Shown: positions 48,999 through 60,341 of the stretch, one piece after another
Position numbering within the stretch: position 1 is the first letter of the stretch
Layout of the letters: each line of letters starts with the position of its first letter
NCBI GenBank assembly: GCA_944364615.1
Contig: CALVWF010000006.1
Location: forward strand, 22,969 to 86,968
Source of the DNA: an uncultured Clostridia bacterium
GTDB taxonomy: Bacteria > Bacillota > Clostridia > Christensenellales > CAG-314
DNA length: 64,000 nucleotides
Reading direction: 5' to 3'
Program-made: the position numbers and the translations under genes
Notes under the pieces: model-generated
The model's database searches: none
Seen by the model: the letters and a program-made list of their open reading frames with translations, nothing else
Told to the model about the DNA's origin: nothing

Positions 48999-51643
48999 AC
49001 TATATAAATTCAAACAAACTGCACGTTAATCCCCCGAATCGTGCTACACCATAATTAACCTGCTCAGCCATCAATCTACTTACCAGAGGTCTTAAAATCA
49101 AAACAAGACACGCAAAAACATACAAAAATACGGTTCACAAGCGACTATTTACGGTCGGCACATGTGAAATCAATGCAAAAATACACTAAAACGCTTATTT
49201 TATAACTATTAATTAAGGCGACATGTAGCCGCTTACCGCTTATAGAAACAAGAAAAATGAGTCCTTGATTACTACGGAAAATTTTAATAAGTCATATATC
49301 TTATTTCCATGAAAACTTTGGACAAGAAAGAGGCAAACAGAAAGCAAATGTTTTTCAATAGTTAAAAATTACTAAACCAAGCAAGACACGTTTTCCCGAT
49401 AAACACGCTTGCACACATTTTACAGACACGTCTGAAGGTAAAAATCTTTTTAAAACGACATAACAAAACCACACAACCGAACATTCGGCAGCAGATTTGC
49501 ACCACCAACAACTGTCGACATTGCCTTATTTGTCCATAAACATCAGCGAACAAATTTCATTTTAGTTAAAGAAAATATACGTCCGTTATGTTCACTATTC
49601 AGACAGATTAACGCTAAAAGTAAACGGAAATTTTACACGATTTAATAAAAATTCTGTCAGAATGCCTGTTTCAGCCAGTCTAAAAATCGCAAATTTATTA
49701 AAATGGTCGCATTTTACATTAAATTTAAATTATTTTAAATATAATTAAAGCAAAATTGATATGCAATCCCTGTCTTTTACAATATCTTAAATATCAATTT
49801 TAAGCAATGAAATGGCTGGAAATATATTGTTTTTATAATATATACTGTACATTTGCACATTTTTCAGAGGTTGTACTACTAAAATCGACTTCAAACTACG
49901 AAAAACCCGTCAGTTTAAACCACCTCAGCAAAAGTTATGTTTACTTCGGCAAATAGAAATCAACAAAATTTTACAGGAAGGCGCTCGGCAGTAAACAGTC
50001 AGAATACAGATCACCGCAACAAAATACTATTTTATTGCACGTTGGCACATCAAAAGCCAAGTGATATTCATAAAAAAAGCACTAAAACAAACTTTTTACA
50101 AAAAAAAATAAAGAAGTTATTGATTAAATAAGATAAAAAACAAGAAAAACAACCGCACTTACAAGTCGAAACACACGTTCACAAACAAATTTACGCAAAA
50201 TCCGGCAAGAAATTCGCTAAAAACCATATAAACATACAGTAAAATTAAGCTATAAAGGCAATAAACCAAGCAAAACATCCGTTTTTAAGCCCAAAAAACG
50301 CAATCAAACACCGATAAATAAAGGCAAAACAGCGAAAACGAAGCAAAACTTGCAGATTTTAAGCATAAACTCGCTAAAACCACAAAAAATCGAGCATATT
50401 TATAAAATTTTCGAGCATTTTTCCTTGAAAATTATCAAATTTGTAACATTTTAAAATGTTATAAAATTCGACAGAAATTCCGACAGTTTTTTCAATTCTT
50501 ATTTTTATATAAATTGCCGTAAATAGGCAATTTACGACAAATAATTGTTAGACTTAACAATGGCGTTAAGTATTAACATTTATAGATGAAAATTGCCCCA
50601 AACAGGCAGTTAAACAGAAATCGGACAGACAAGTTCGATGCAAAATGTATTAAAACCAAGTAACTGTCAGACACGACACAACTTTAAGAAGGCAAACTCC
50701 CCTGCGAAAACGGCAGATAAAGTAGTCAGATAGTGTGAAAAACTGATTTTTAAACGAAAATTTCGACAGTAAATTTGTTGCAATAGCCCTATTCACGGGA
50801 CAATTCGTAAAATTAACAATCGCTTTAACATAAGCGTTAAGAACAAAAACAAGCACATCGCGCACAACAACTCGGAAGGAGCAGTCAAATAGTTCCAAAA
50901 AACGGCAAAAACAGTTAACACAAATTTCGACAGTAATTTTGACATAAAAAACCATCACACGGTCGATTTCGACAAATTAAGTATGAAGTTAAGCATAAGC
51001 ACTTATTTAAATCGTAAATTTTTATTTTAAAACGTGCTTTTATACTAAAATACGCTGATACTCAGGTTTGAATGTTCGGCAAAACAATTAATTGCTTTAA
51101 TTCTTATTTTGACTGAAAATTTAACATTGATTTTTACAAAATTGCCCGCAATACGACCAATTTCGACAAATTAACAATCGCATTAACATCGGCAAAAAGT
51201 GTCAGACAACCTTTATTTCACTGTTTTTTGCGCAAAACATTTTCCATGGCATTTCACTTGCAATAATATTTTGCCAACAGCAAATCACACAACGTAACCG
51301 CTTTGCTTTGTCGAAAAACTTCACACAAGTACCACATGCTCAGACCCAACTTTGTTTGACGGCAGGTAAATACAAAATATACGGCACGTTACTAAACATT
51401 TGATGTTTTAACGCCCAATATAGCCCCCAAATCGCTTGATAGAGTACACAGTTTCGCTCAAATCACAAAAATACGCAGTACGTTCCCAACTTAAAAGCTA
51501 TATGACGCAAACTTTTCTGAAAATATTACTACCACACGTGGTACAAATTTTAGTTGAATTAGGTTCTTATAAGTGAATGTCTTAAATATTAAAAAAAATT
51601 ACGGGCGCAATGAAGCGCCCGCAACTTGTTTTAAATTATCAGG

Positions 51644-52153
51644 TCAGGCCATAAAACCTGCCAGTAACTGCCCTATCGGATTTACCTGTCCGTAAAGAGC
51701 ATTAAGCACCATGCTGTCGGAAACAAACTGCTGTAAGTTAGCAACGATATCCGTTGCCTCACCGGCGTTGATTGTAACTCCTGCAAAGAAATATACAGCG
51801 CCGAACACACAGTAAACTACTGCCCCGGCAAAGACAAGGCCGAGTATTTTATCAAGAACGTTCAGCGGTTTTGCAACTTTAAGCAGTTTTCGCGCCGCCC
51901 ATCCTATCAACCCGAACAACAGGCAGCATACGAACATGACCAACAAACCGCCCACTAATTTGGCAATGTTTTCGTCCAGTATCCACTGATTGGTCATCAG
52001 CCACTTTGCAGGGTAATCGCACAGCAACACGGCAAGTGCAATTGAAACAACGCCTCCGATTACTCTGAAAATCTGATCGGCAAGACCGTTGACCAGACCT
52101 ATCAGCAAAGACAGCGCCGCCACGATTATAAAAACTATACTGATTACGTCCAC
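51644..52153 (-). CDS. CvpA-family membrane protein
   Basis: Hydrophobic; IGLVNGL, LDKILG motifs; directly downstream of parB. Confidence 0.75.
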   Translation of the reverse strand: MDVISIVFIIVAALSLLIGLVNGLADQIFRVIGGVVSIALAVLLCDYPAKWLMTNQWILDENIAKLVGGLLVMFVCCLLFGLIGWAARKLLKVAKPLNVLDKILGLVFAGAVVYCVFGAVYFFAGVTINAGEATDIVANLQQFVSDSMVLNALYGQVNPIGQLLAGFMA

Positions 52154-52157
52154 GGGG

Positions 52158-53042
52158 TCAGTCTTCCTCCTTATAGAAACACTTTTCCATCCAATCTTCC
52201 ACCAACTTGCACAGTCTGTCCAAGTCGTCAGCGGTGTAGTAATCTATAAAAATGCGCCCTTTATTGCCGTTTCCGACGGCGGAAACTTTGGTGGCAAAGG
52301 CACGTTGCATATTTCCGACAAGTTCTTTAAGTTCGAGATTGGGTTCTTCCTTAGGCTTTTCCGCCTTGGGGTTGAGAAACTCTCTTACCATTTTTTCCGC
52401 TTCACGGACATTCATCTTATTGTCGCAAGCCTTCAAAGCAAGTTTATACTGCGATTGTTTCGGAACAACGACCAGAGCCCGCGCATGTCCTGCGGAAAGC
52501 CTGTTTTGCTCAACAAGTTTCAACACGTCTTCGTCAAGAGTGAGCAAACGGAGAATATTGGCAACTGCCGAACGGCTTTTTCCTATACGGTCGGCTGCCA
52601 TTTCCTGAGTCATATTGAATTCAGACATCAGTGTTTTTATTGCACGTCCCGCCTCAACAGGGTTGAGGTCTTCACGTTGAAGGTTCTCAATAATGCTGAT
52701 TTCCTTTATCTGCTGAGGAGTGTAGTGTCTGATAAGGGCAGGTATCTGCGTTTTTCCCGCAAGTTTGGACGCTCTGAATCGTCTTTCGCCTGCAATTATC
52801 ATGTATCTTCTGCCCATGGGTGTAACTACGATGGGCTGAATTACTCCGTGCACCTTGATACTCTCCGCCAACTCGGCAAGAGCCTGTTCGTCGAAATTTT
52901 TACGAGGTTGTTCGAAATTGGGGTCTATTTCCGCTATATCGAGCATCACCTCTCCGCCGGAAGATTGTTCGGAAGTGAGTTCTTCAACGTCGTTTAAACC
53001 CATCAACGAGGCAAAGCCGCGTCCTAATCCTTTGTTAGCCAT
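52158..53042 (-). CDS. parB: Chromosome partitioning protein ParB/Spo0J
   Basis: GLGRG, QPRKNF, IIAGERRFRA, IENLQREDL, HTH. Confidence 0.96.
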   Translation of the reverse strand: MANKGLGRGFASLMGLNDVEELTSEQSSGGEVMLDIAEIDPNFEQPRKNFDEQALAELAESIKVHGVIQPIVVTPMGRRYMIIAGERRFRASKLAGKTQIPALIRHYTPQQIKEISIIENLQREDLNPVEAGRAIKTLMSEFNMTQEMAADRIGKSRSAVANILRLLTLDEDVLKLVEQNRLSAGHARALVVVPKQSQYKLALKACDNKMNVREAEKMVREFLNPKAEKPKEEPNLELKELVGNMQRAFATKVSAVGNGNKGRIFIDYYTADDLDRLCKLVEDWMEKCFYKEED

Positions 53043-53815
53043 TATTTTTCCTCTCTTTTAAGAAATTGCTGTGCCAGCCGTTCGTATGCCACGGCTCCGC
53101 TGCTGCGAGGAGCGTGTTCCGAAACGGGCATTCCGAAACTGGGCGCCTCCACCAACTTGACGTTGCGCGGAACTGGAACGGTGTAAATCTTGTTGCCGAA
53201 ATACTTGTAGATTTCTTCGGTTACCTGCTTGCTTATAGTAGTTCTGCCGTCGTACATTGTCAGAATGACGCCGTTTATCGTGATGTCGGGATTGAGATTG
53301 GGTCTTTGTTTGATTACTTTAATAGTGTTCATCAACTGACTCAAACCTTCCAGGGCAAAAAACTCGCTTTGAATGGGAATGATAACCTCGTCACATGCCA
53401 CAAGAGCATTTAAAGTGATGAGTCCCAAACTGGGCGGACAATCTATAAATATGTAGTCAAAATCGTTTTTAATGGAAGAAAGGGCGTTTTTCAGCACGCT
53501 TTCCCTTTGCTGTTTATTTACCAGATCCACTTCGGCGGCCGCAAGATCGATATTTGCGGTTATCATGCTGAGATTTTTTACAGACGTAGGCAAAACCGTT
53601 TCTTTGGCGCCGGCATCGCCCATCAGCAAATCGTAAGCGTTTTTGGATATTACGTTTTTTTCAAATCCCAGACCGCTGGACGCGTTGCCCTGAGGATCGA
53701 AATCCAGAAGCAGAACTTTGCGTCCCATTGACGCCACGTATGCGGAAAGATTTATAGCAGAAGTGGTCTTGCCCACTCCGCCTTTCTGATTGGAAAAAGC
53801 AATTATCTTGCCCAT
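53042..53815 (-). CDS. parA: ParA/Soj ATPase
   Basis: NQKGGVGKTT, DPQGN, IDCPPSLG. Confidence 0.96.
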   Translation of the reverse strand: MGKIIAFSNQKGGVGKTTSAINLSAYVASMGRKVLLLDFDPQGNASSGLGFEKNVISKNAYDLLMGDAGAKETVLPTSVKNLSMITANIDLAAAEVDLVNKQQRESVLKNALSSIKNDFDYIFIDCPPSLGLITLNALVACDEVIIPIQSEFFALEGLSQLMNTIKVIKQRPNLNPDITINGVILTMYDGRTTISKQVTEEIYKYFGNKIYTVPVPRNVKLVEAPSFGMPVSEHAPRSSGAVAYERLAQQFLKREEK

Positions 53816-54088
53816 AATACACCTCGCAAAGGTATTCTACCAAATAATAATAACACAAATACTCTGTTTTTTCAACACATTGCGTGGAAACTTTTCGGTA
53901 AGAACAAATACTGCCCAATAATCGGACAGTCGTTTGCTTACATTCGTTTGTCTGACGATACGTTCGGCAAAGTTTTCCTTCACGTTTTAATTCGCTTAAA
54001 CGAAACCGCGTCAGCAACCGTTCCGATGGTTATTGACGGTAGTGCACGTAAAACAAAGGTAATTTACGGTAACGCCTCCGTCAGATTT

Positions 54089-54766
54089 TTACAGCGGTTT
54101 TTTACGAGGAAGATTTTGTCCGCGCGGGTAAGCGGGCGGCGTGTCCTTGATCTTTGTATATCTCAACACGCACCTTTTGTCACCCGACGGAAGTCGGAAA
54201 CAAAAAGCCCCGTCGTAATTAAGTCCCAGTATTTTTTCCGCGTTTTTTGCAATCTGCCTTTCTTCCTCATCCGTCTTGTAACAAAGTACGGATCCGCCCT
54301 TTCTGACAAGAGGAGCGGTGTATTCCAGCAGAATGTTGAGCGGTGCGACCGCCCTTGCCACGGCAACGTCGAATTGCTGACGGTGAAGACGCGCAAAGTC
54401 TTCCGCACGGCTGTGCACGCAAACGCAATTCAGTTTCAGCATTGTGGCAAGTTGCACAAGAAAGTTTACCCTTTTGCCGAGACTGTCCACAGCGGTGACT
54501 TTTACGTCCGGCCTCACAATGGCGATGGGAAAAGAGGGAAAACCCGCTCCGCTCCCCACATCCACAACAGTGGCGTTTTGCGGAATAAATCCGACTCCCG
54601 CAAGGCTGTCCGCAAAGTGTTTTTCAAATACAGCCGACTCTTCGGTAATTGCCGTAAGGTTGAATTTTTCGTTGGTTTCCGTCAAAAATTCGTAATACCG
54701 CCTGAATCTGAGCAATTGATCTTCTGTCAGGTTTATATTGAATTGTTTTAAAATAAAGTCCGTCAT
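54089..54766 (-). CDS. rsmG: 16S rRNA m7G methyltransferase
   Basis: NLTAI, HFADSL, DVGSGAGFP, ARAVA, YPR. Confidence 0.95.
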   Translation of the reverse strand: MTDFILKQFNINLTEDQLLRFRRYYEFLTETNEKFNLTAITEESAVFEKHFADSLAGVGFIPQNATVVDVGSGAGFPSFPIAIVRPDVKVTAVDSLGKRVNFLVQLATMLKLNCVCVHSRAEDFARLHRQQFDVAVARAVAPLNILLEYTAPLVRKGGSVLCYKTDEEERQIAKNAEKILGLNYDGAFCFRLPSGDKRCVLRYTKIKDTPPAYPRGQNLPRKKPL

Positions 54767-54972
54767 TTACACCTCACAAACAGTCCCGTTTCGCGCAACA
54801 ATTACCGACTGCGACGCTTTGAATTTTGATTTTCATACTATACAACCGTTCGGTTTGATTTGTAATCGAAGTGCACAGTCTTTTTTTTTCGACGCTCTGT
54901 TACTCTGTAAAACATCCGAACGTACGGCACAGATACCGAACAAAACGCATTGTATCCTATGCAAAAATGCGG

Positions 54973-56838
54973 TTACTTCTTGCGGTTTTGCGCAAGATAC
55001 ACTATAAGTATCTGAACGTCGGCAGGCGACACTCCGCTTATACGGCTTGCCTGACCGAGATTTAACGGTCTTATCTTGTCCAATTTCTGTCTTGCCTCTA
55101 ACCGTAAGCCGTCCATATGCATGTAATCGATGTCGTCGGGGAGCAGTTTGCCTTCAAGTTTTTTAGCCTGTTCGATAAGATTCTGCTGTCTTTCTATATA
55201 CCCGCTGTACTTACAGTTTATTTCCACCTGTTCCAACGCCTCGGGAGAAATGTCCTGCCAGATTCCGAGATGTTTTCGTATGAGTGCTGCGGTAATTCCG
55301 TTACGCCTCAATGCATCTGCGACGGAAAGCCCCGTTTTGGGCAGAGGTTCGCCCGCCTCGGCAAACATTTCTTCCAACTGTCTTGGCGGATAAATTTTAT
55401 TTAAAAGTTTACCTGCCTCTTCTATTTCTTTAACTTTATTGAGATAGCGGTTGTAACGGTTGTCGTCGACAAGCCCTATTTCGCGGCCTATGGGAGTGAG
55501 TCTGAGATCGGCGTTGTCCTGTCTTAAAACAAGACGATGTTCCGCACGGCTGGTCATCATTCTGTAAGGTTCGAAACTGTCCTTTGTGGTGATGTCGTCG
55601 ATGAGCACTCCTATATAACTGTTGTCACGCTCGAAAATGACGAGGGGCTGATTTTTTACATAACGTGATGCGTTTATACCCGCTACAAGTCCCTGACAAC
55701 CCGCTTCCTCGTACCCGCTTGTACCGTTTATCTGGCCTGCGAAAAACAATCCGTCCCGTTTCTTGGACATAAGCGACGGCAACAACTCCGTTGCGTCTAT
55801 ACAGTCGTACTCGATGGCGTAGGCGTCACGCATTATCTCAACGTGTTCAAGACCTTCTATGGAGTGATATATTTTTTCCTGTATTTCTGCGGGCATGGAA
55901 CTGGAAGCCCCCTGCACGTAGTATTCGTTGGTAAATTCGCCCTCCGGCTCGAGAAATATCTGGTGTTTTTCCTTGTCGGAAAATCTGAATACTTTGTCTT
56001 CTATGGAAGGACAGTAACGAGGTCCCACTCCGTTTATATCTCCGTTGTAGATGGGAGCAAGTTGTTTGTTTTCCAAAATAATCTGTTTGGTGAGCGGTGT
56101 GGAATAGGTAAGATAGCAACTGCGCTTATCTGACTGTATGCTGTCCGTCATAAAGGAAAACGCCGTAGCGTTGCTTTCTCCCTTTTGCTCCGACATCACT
56201 GAAAAATCGATGGAATCCACCTTTACTCTTGCGGGCGTTCCCGTCTTGAATCGCCTTACCGTATGTCCCAGTTTTTTTATGGACGAGGTCAGTTTTTTGG
56301 CGTTTGCAAATCCGTTGGGACCACTCACCATGACGTGCTTGCCCACAATGGTGCGACTGTTGAGATACACTCCGCAGCACAGTACGACTGCCTTTGCAAA
56401 ATAATGAAGGTTTACGGCGGTAGTGACCTTGTAGCCCTCTTTTAATGGAGTTATTTTCACCGCTTCGCCCTGTCTTAACGTAAGCAGAGGCTGAGTTTCC
56501 AACGTAAACTTCATGTTTTCGTGATAACGGTGTTTGTCCACCTGCGCCCTCGGAGAGAACACGGCAGGTCCTTTACCCCTATTGAGCATTCTCATCTGCA
56601 ACAGGCTTTTGTCGGCGTTCAAAGCCATCTGACCGCCCAAAGCGTCTATTTCACGCACGATTTGTCCCTTTGCCGTTCCGCCTATACTGGGATTGCACGC
56701 CAGAAAGGCTACCGTGTCCAGATTTGTGGCAAGTACCAGCGTTGTACAGCCCAGCCTTGCCGAAGCAAGCGCCGCTTCACAACCCGCATGACCCGCGCCG
56801 ATTACTATTACATCGAATGTTTTGTCTTTTACTGTCAT
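54973..56838 (-). CDS. mnmG: tRNA U34 modification enzyme MnmG/GidA
   Basis: GAGHAGCEAA, CNPSIGG, GPRYCPSIEDK, GQINGTSGYEEA. Confidence 0.97.
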   Translation of the reverse strand: MTVKDKTFDVIVIGAGHAGCEAALASARLGCTTLVLATNLDTVAFLACNPSIGGTAKGQIVREIDALGGQMALNADKSLLQMRMLNRGKGPAVFSPRAQVDKHRYHENMKFTLETQPLLTLRQGEAVKITPLKEGYKVTTAVNLHYFAKAVVLCCGVYLNSRTIVGKHVMVSGPNGFANAKKLTSSIKKLGHTVRRFKTGTPARVKVDSIDFSVMSEQKGESNATAFSFMTDSIQSDKRSCYLTYSTPLTKQIILENKQLAPIYNGDINGVGPRYCPSIEDKVFRFSDKEKHQIFLEPEGEFTNEYYVQGASSSMPAEIQEKIYHSIEGLEHVEIMRDAYAIEYDCIDATELLPSLMSKKRDGLFFAGQINGTSGYEEAGCQGLVAGINASRYVKNQPLVIFERDNSYIGVLIDDITTKDSFEPYRMMTSRAEHRLVLRQDNADLRLTPIGREIGLVDDNRYNRYLNKVKEIEEAGKLLNKIYPPRQLEEMFAEAGEPLPKTGLSVADALRRNGITAALIRKHLGIWQDISPEALEQVEINCKYSGYIERQQNLIEQAKKLEGKLLPDDIDYMHMDGLRLEARQKLDKIRPLNLGQASRISGVSPADVQILIVYLAQNRKK

Positions 56839-58130
56839 TTTCCCAAGCAGAATTTACTGTATATTCTGTCTATAATGTCTTCGTTTGCCTGCGTTCCGGT
56901 TATTTCTCCGAGTACCTGCCATGCGTCGTGCAATGTGGAGGCAACACAGTCAAGAGTGCCGTTTTGCGCGTCCTCCTCGGCGTTTTTAAGCAATTCGGAT
57001 GCTGTTTTAAGGCAATCTATATGTCTTTGATTGGTAAGAATGAGGTCGGAATTGTTTATTTCTCCCATACGAAACGCGTCGTACACAGTCTGTTTCAACA
57101 GTTCAACGTTCTGTCCCGTTCTGGCGGAAACCACGATGCCGTCACTCACATCGGAATAATCGTTGACGTCCCCTTTGTTGTACACTTTTATTATCTTTTT
57201 GTCGCACTGAAGGAAGTCGTCTTTTCTGTCTGTGACGAACAAAACCACATCGGCGTCGGCAATGGCGAGATTCGTGCGGCGTATGCCTTCCTTTTCTATT
57301 TCGTCTCTTGCGTTTCTTATACCTGCGGTGTCTACGAAATTGAATTTCGTGTCTTTATAGGCGATGCTTTCGTTTAAAGTATCTCGGGTGGTGCCTTCTA
57401 CAGAGGAAACAATTGCTCTGTCACTTCCCAAAAACGCATTCAACAGACTGGATTTGCCGACATTCGGACGTCCCGCAATAGCCACGTTTATACCGTATTT
57501 TACTATACGTCCCGCAGAAACGGTGCCGAGCAACTGAGAAATTTCGCCGTGAAGTTCGGCAATTTCGCCGCGCAGCGACTGGGCGGTGGGAAGTTCCAGA
57601 TCTTCTTCGGGGTAATCGAGCGCAACTTCCGTACGACTTATCATGTCAGTGAGTTTGTCCTGCAGTTTTACCGTCAGTTCGCCCAATTTGTTGTTTAAAA
57701 GGTTGACGCCCGCTTTTACTCCCGACACCGTTTCGGCGTCTATCATTTCAATGATACCTTCGGCGTTGGTGAGATTTTGTTTGCCGTTGACAAACGCTCT
57801 TTTGCTGAATTCGCCGTTTGTTGCCATTCTCGCGCCGTTGTCGAGGCATGCCTGTATGACCGCCTGCGGAACGGATATTCCGCCGTGACAGTAAAATTCG
57901 ACGGTGTTTTCACCCGTATAGGAGTGGGGCGCGACAAAGTAGACGCACATTGCCTGTTCGGCAAAGTGCTCGGTCTGCAGTTTACCCACCCTGACAAAGT
58001 TGGGTTTGTCGGGCATGGGATGAAAAAATCTGCCCGCGATTTTTATACTGTCCTCTCCGCTCATGCGGACCACGGCAATCGCGCTGCGTCCCACCGGCGT
58101 GGAAAGAGCGACTATCGTCTGTTCTGACAT
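56835..58130 (-). CDS. mnmE: tRNA modification GTPase MnmE/TrmE
   Basis: GRPNVGKSS, GTTRD, DTAG, terminal FCLGK. Confidence 0.97.
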   Translation of the reverse strand: MSEQTIVALSTPVGRSAIAVVRMSGEDSIKIAGRFFHPMPDKPNFVRVGKLQTEHFAEQAMCVYFVAPHSYTGENTVEFYCHGGISVPQAVIQACLDNGARMATNGEFSKRAFVNGKQNLTNAEGIIEMIDAETVSGVKAGVNLLNNKLGELTVKLQDKLTDMISRTEVALDYPEEDLELPTAQSLRGEIAELHGEISQLLGTVSAGRIVKYGINVAIAGRPNVGKSSLLNAFLGSDRAIVSSVEGTTRDTLNESIAYKDTKFNFVDTAGIRNARDEIEKEGIRRTNLAIADADVVLFVTDRKDDFLQCDKKIIKVYNKGDVNDYSDVSDGIVVSARTGQNVELLKQTVYDAFRMGEINNSDLILTNQRHIDCLKTASELLKNAEEDAQNGTLDCVASTLHDAWQVLGEITGTQANEDIIDRIYSKFCLGK

Positions 58131-58190
58131 AAAATACCTTCCTTTATAAAGCAAAACCTCCCGTCAAGACGGGAGGCGTGGAAAACAATG

Positions 58191-58868
58191 TTATCTGCGT
58201 CTTTTTTTGTCCGAACGGTACACAAAATTCAGACTTTTACGACTGACGGGCGCATTGAGTATATCGCCTGTCAGTTTGGGGCTGACAATGATATGTCTGC
58301 CGTTAGCCGTTCCTTCGCTTTCCGTTGAAACATATTTACTGTTTTGTAAAGCAGTGTGGATGATACGTCTTTCGTATGGATTCATGGGTTCGAGTTTGAA
58401 CGCCTTTCCGCTGCGTCTGACTTTTTGTTCGAGACTTCTGGCAAGTTTGTTGAGGCTTTCTTCCCTTTTACTGCGGTAGCCTTCCGAATCCACAACTACT
58501 CTGCGGTAGCCTTCCTTGTTGTTGATTATAAGGCTGGCAAGATATTGCAATGCGTCAAGCGTTTCGCCGTGGTAACCTATTACGTTGCCTTTGCCCGAAC
58601 CGATGATGTTTACCGCAATGCGTTCCTCGTTTTCTTCCGTTTCGACAACATAATTGTCAAAACCCATTTTTTCCAGCACGTTTTCCAAAAAGTCCTTGAC
58701 TTTTTCGCTGTCGGAAGGTAACTTTTCCACCAAAACCTTGCTCTTGGTAAACAGCCTGCCTTCCTGCAAAACGGTAACTTTAACGCAGTCTCTTGTAAGG
58801 TTGAGTTCTTTCAACGCATTTGCGACAGCGTCTTCCACCGTTTTTCCTGTTGCTTCTGTCTTAATCAT
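58191..58868 (-). CDS. jag: Jag/EloR (KhpB) RNA-binding protein
   Basis: Jag_N, KH (IGYHGETLDALQY), R3H (ERRIIH). Confidence 0.93.
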   Translation of the reverse strand: MIKTEATGKTVEDAVANALKELNLTRDCVKVTVLQEGRLFTKSKVLVEKLPSDSEKVKDFLENVLEKMGFDNYVVETEENEERIAVNIIGSGKGNVIGYHGETLDALQYLASLIINNKEGYRRVVVDSEGYRSKREESLNKLARSLEQKVRRSGKAFKLEPMNPYERRIIHTALQNSKYVSTESEGTANGRHIIVSPKLTGDILNAPVSRKSLNFVYRSDKKRRR

Positions 58869-58872
58869 TTAA

Positions 58873-60072
58873 TTACCTCTTGTAACTTTCCTTCTGAGTG
58901 CCGGCACGGCTGTCCGCCTTGGCGACGCTCTTTGCAACGATCTTTTCGACCGGCACTTTAAGCGCTACGGTTGCAATGATACTCAACATATAGTTAAACA
59001 CCATATACACTGCGAATGCACCGGTGTACATAAATCCGAAAAACGCCATCATAAGGGGCATTATTATCATCATCGAACGGTTTGTACGAGCCTGCGTGTC
59101 GTTTGCCGGAGCAGGCGCGCCCTTTTTCTTGTCCAGCAACTGCGAAATGAATATGGACAGGAAAGACAGACCTACCGACATCAAAGGCAGAATCATCAAT
59201 CCGTTCCAACTTCTGTCCGTGGAACCGAGCACTGCGTTACGGATGTTGTTGTATTCCATCTCGTTTACGTAGTTTTCTATGCCTTCGTTGTTGAAGTTGT
59301 TGACGAATGTCTGGTAATCTACCATTATAGGCGCCCAGGTGTCCGGTTGCCAGATATTCTGTATCCACAACCAGGATTCGTGATGTTCCTGATAATATTG
59401 AGGTATTTTCAGGAGAACTTCGTCTTTAAGTTGATTGTTGAGTTGAATGTTGTTTTCGTAAAAATCTCTCAACGCCTTGTCGTGGGCGGCAGTTGTGTCC
59501 AGCCCTTCGGCGATGTAGCCGTCGTAATACTCCTGATAAGCGGGCTGTTCCTTTACGAGAGCGGTGTATTCGCTGTTGTAGTAAGAGGACAGTTGCTGAT
59601 AGTTTACGACGCTGTTGTAGTTGGAGTAACTGGTAAGACCGCCGAACATTACAAAGAATACAACCATTGTAATGATCATCGGCAAGCACGAACCTGATGC
59701 GGAAAACCCGTACTTCTGATAAACTTTCTGCTTTTCTCTTGCGGCGCGCTGAGGATCCTTGCTGTAAACGGTGTCTATTTCGTCCAGCAGAGGTTGCATT
59801 TTGCTCATCATCTCGGATGTTTTGCGGGCAGACACACGTTGCCAGAAATCCAGAGGCAAAGTTATCAACTTCAAAAATACGGTAAACACAACTACGGTCC
59901 AACCGTAATTGCCCACCCACGAGTGCATCCAACGAACGATTTTGCCCACAAAGTTGAGCAGGCTTTCGGGGTCTTCGGTGTAGGAAGGTTTGGATGAACA
60001 TCCCGCCAGAAGCGTGACGCTCAACACGATAACCATCGTCAGCATTATAATCAGTGACGTTTTTCTGTTCAT
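58873..60072 (-). CDS. yidC: Membrane protein insertase YidC/SpoIIIJ
   Basis: Lipobox LAGC, GCLP-like GSCLP, WLWIQN; conserved synteny. Confidence 0.9.
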   Translation of the reverse strand: MNRKTSLIIMLTMVIVLSVTLLAGCSSKPSYTEDPESLLNFVGKIVRWMHSWVGNYGWTVVVFTVFLKLITLPLDFWQRVSARKTSEMMSKMQPLLDEIDTVYSKDPQRAAREKQKVYQKYGFSASGSCLPMIITMVVFFVMFGGLTSYSNYNSVVNYQQLSSYYNSEYTALVKEQPAYQEYYDGYIAEGLDTTAAHDKALRDFYENNIQLNNQLKDEVLLKIPQYYQEHHESWLWIQNIWQPDTWAPIMVDYQTFVNNFNNEGIENYVNEMEYNNIRNAVLGSTDRSWNGLMILPLMSVGLSFLSIFISQLLDKKKGAPAPANDTQARTNRSMMIIMPLMMAFFGFMYTGAFAVYMVFNYMLSIIATVALKVPVEKIVAKSVAKADSRAGTQKESYKR

Positions 60073-60095
60073 TTACGCTCCTTTTGTGCAACAGA

Positions 60096-60341
60096 TCAGA
60101 CAAACCATTTTGCATCACCCCTGACGTTGAAGGGGACGGGATCGAAACCACCCTTGTGCAGAGGATTGCATCTCGACAGTCTTAAAACGGTCATCAGCGT
60201 ACCTTTGACAAACCCGAACTGACGGTAAGCCTCCATCGAGTAGACGGAACAACTGGGAGTAAAGATACATCTTTTGCCCCCTTTCAGTCGGGAAAGAGTA
60301 GCCTTGTACAGTTTGAGCAAAGCAATGGCGACGTACTTCAT
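60096..60341 (-). CDS. yidD: Membrane protein insertion efficiency factor
   Basis: CIFTPSCSVY, RCNP..GGFDPVP. Confidence 0.92.
   Translation of the reverse strand: MKYVAIALLKLYKATLSRLKGGKRCIFTPSCSVYSMEAYRQFGFVKGTLMTVLRLSRCNPLHKGGFDPVPFNVRGDAKWFV

Noticed and set aside
47216-51643. oriC in the AT-rich non-coding region, and the short ORFs listed there
   Set aside because: No cluster of DnaA boxes was seen; the ORFs lack RBS and protein-like composition
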